Assembly: GCA_951406725.2 (NCBI GenBank) | Contig: OX597831.1 | Coordinates: 43,028,001-43,092,000, forward strand | Length of the DNA stretch: 64,000 bases | DNA from: Octopus vulgaris | Taxonomy: Eukaryota | Reading direction: 5' to 3' | Shown here: piece by piece, positions 63,025 through 64,000 of the stretch | How positions within the stretch are numbered: position 1 is the first letter of the stretch | Layout of the letters: the number at the start of each line of letters is the position of its first letter | Made by a program: the position numbers and the translations under genes | The notes under the pieces: model-generated | What the model was told of the DNA's origin: nothing | Databases searched by the model: none | Seen by the model: the letters and a program-made list of their open reading frames with translations, nothing else

Positions 63025-63721
63025 GATTTCTCTGCAATCAAGAAGGCTCTTTGTATTGTTGTTGTTGTTATTGTTGCTGTGGTTGGTGTTATTGTTGATG
63101 ATGTCCATACGATCCACAGTTGGATGTTGAGCTTCAATACGAATACTCACCTTGCGGTCTAATCTCCACCCTCAAACCACATACCCTGTCACCTTTAAAT
63201 CAGGAAAGGACACGTGATACAATGTAATCAAACATACCATTAAAAACATAACAGGTAGGGATGTGTTGTTAAGAAGCTCGCTTTGCAACCGCGTGGTTTC
63301 GGGTTCAATCCCACAGCGTAGCATCTTGGACAAATTTATTCTACTATAAACCCGGACCGACCAATGCCTTGTTAGTGAATTTGCTAGAAGGAAACTGTGT
63401 GGAAGCCCGTCGTTTGTATGTGTGTGTGTACGTGCATATGCGTATGTGTGTGCGCGCGGGCCCCACTTGACAATTGGTGTTGAGGATTTTTTTTATATAC
63501 CTGTAACTTAGCGGTTCGGTAATAGACACCGATAGAATAAGTACCAGACTTAAAGATTGTTACTGGGATTGGTATGTTCGACTAAACCAGTGGTTGTCAA
63601 AGGTATTTTTTACTTCTGGACTCCCTCTGACTCTCATTTTGGGATGGACCCTTATAAACATTCTGTTTAAAAAAAATCCTATTATATTTTTACAATTAAA
63701 TATTAATAAGATTTACTCTCG

Positions 63722-64000
63722 TTTACTCTTTTACTTGTTTCAGTCATATGACTGTGGCCATGCCGGAGCACCGCCTTTAGCCGAACAAATCTACCCCAGG
63801 ACTTATTCTTTGTAAGCCTAGTACTTATTCTATCGGTCTCTTTTGCCGAACCGCTATGTTACGGGGACGTAAACACACCAGCATCGGTTGTCAAGCGATG
63901 TTTGAGGGACAAACACAGACACACAAACATATACATATATACGACGGGCTTCTTTTAGTTTCCGTCTACCAAATCTACTCACAAGGTTTTGGTCGACCCG
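63722..64000 (-). mobile_element. SINE family A (runs off the window)
   Basis: Near-consensus copy with CpGs retained. Confidence 0.9.

Overview
Eukaryotic, AT-rich, repeat-dominated DNA. The SINE families and dense TA/CA/GATA microsatellites point to an Octopus (coleoid cephalopod) genome; this is inferred from family recognition, not from a search. No intact protein-coding gene is visible, and almost every ORF in the track is a microsatellite or SINE artefact. The window holds several tRNA-derived SINE families, RTE and R4/Dong-type LINE remnants, four Tc1/mariner remnants, hAT, piggyBac-like and Merlin-like MITEs with target-site duplications (TSDs), a short Helitron, and a near-full-length U2 snRNA copy fused to a retroposon-like 3' tail. 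The most striking structure is a set of short elements, most lying in or beside (TA)n tracts, that carry minimal hammerhead-ribozyme motifs. They occur either as monomers/tandems or as inverted-arm cassettes whose two arms share copy-specific variants, which suggests a non-autonomous Penelope-like (PLE) system. There is also a candidate 34-bp minus-strand microexon (4237-4270), a CpG-poor to CpG-rich transition near 46 kb, and a CRE/ETS motif cluster near 63 kb. All coordinates and base-pairings were read by eye.
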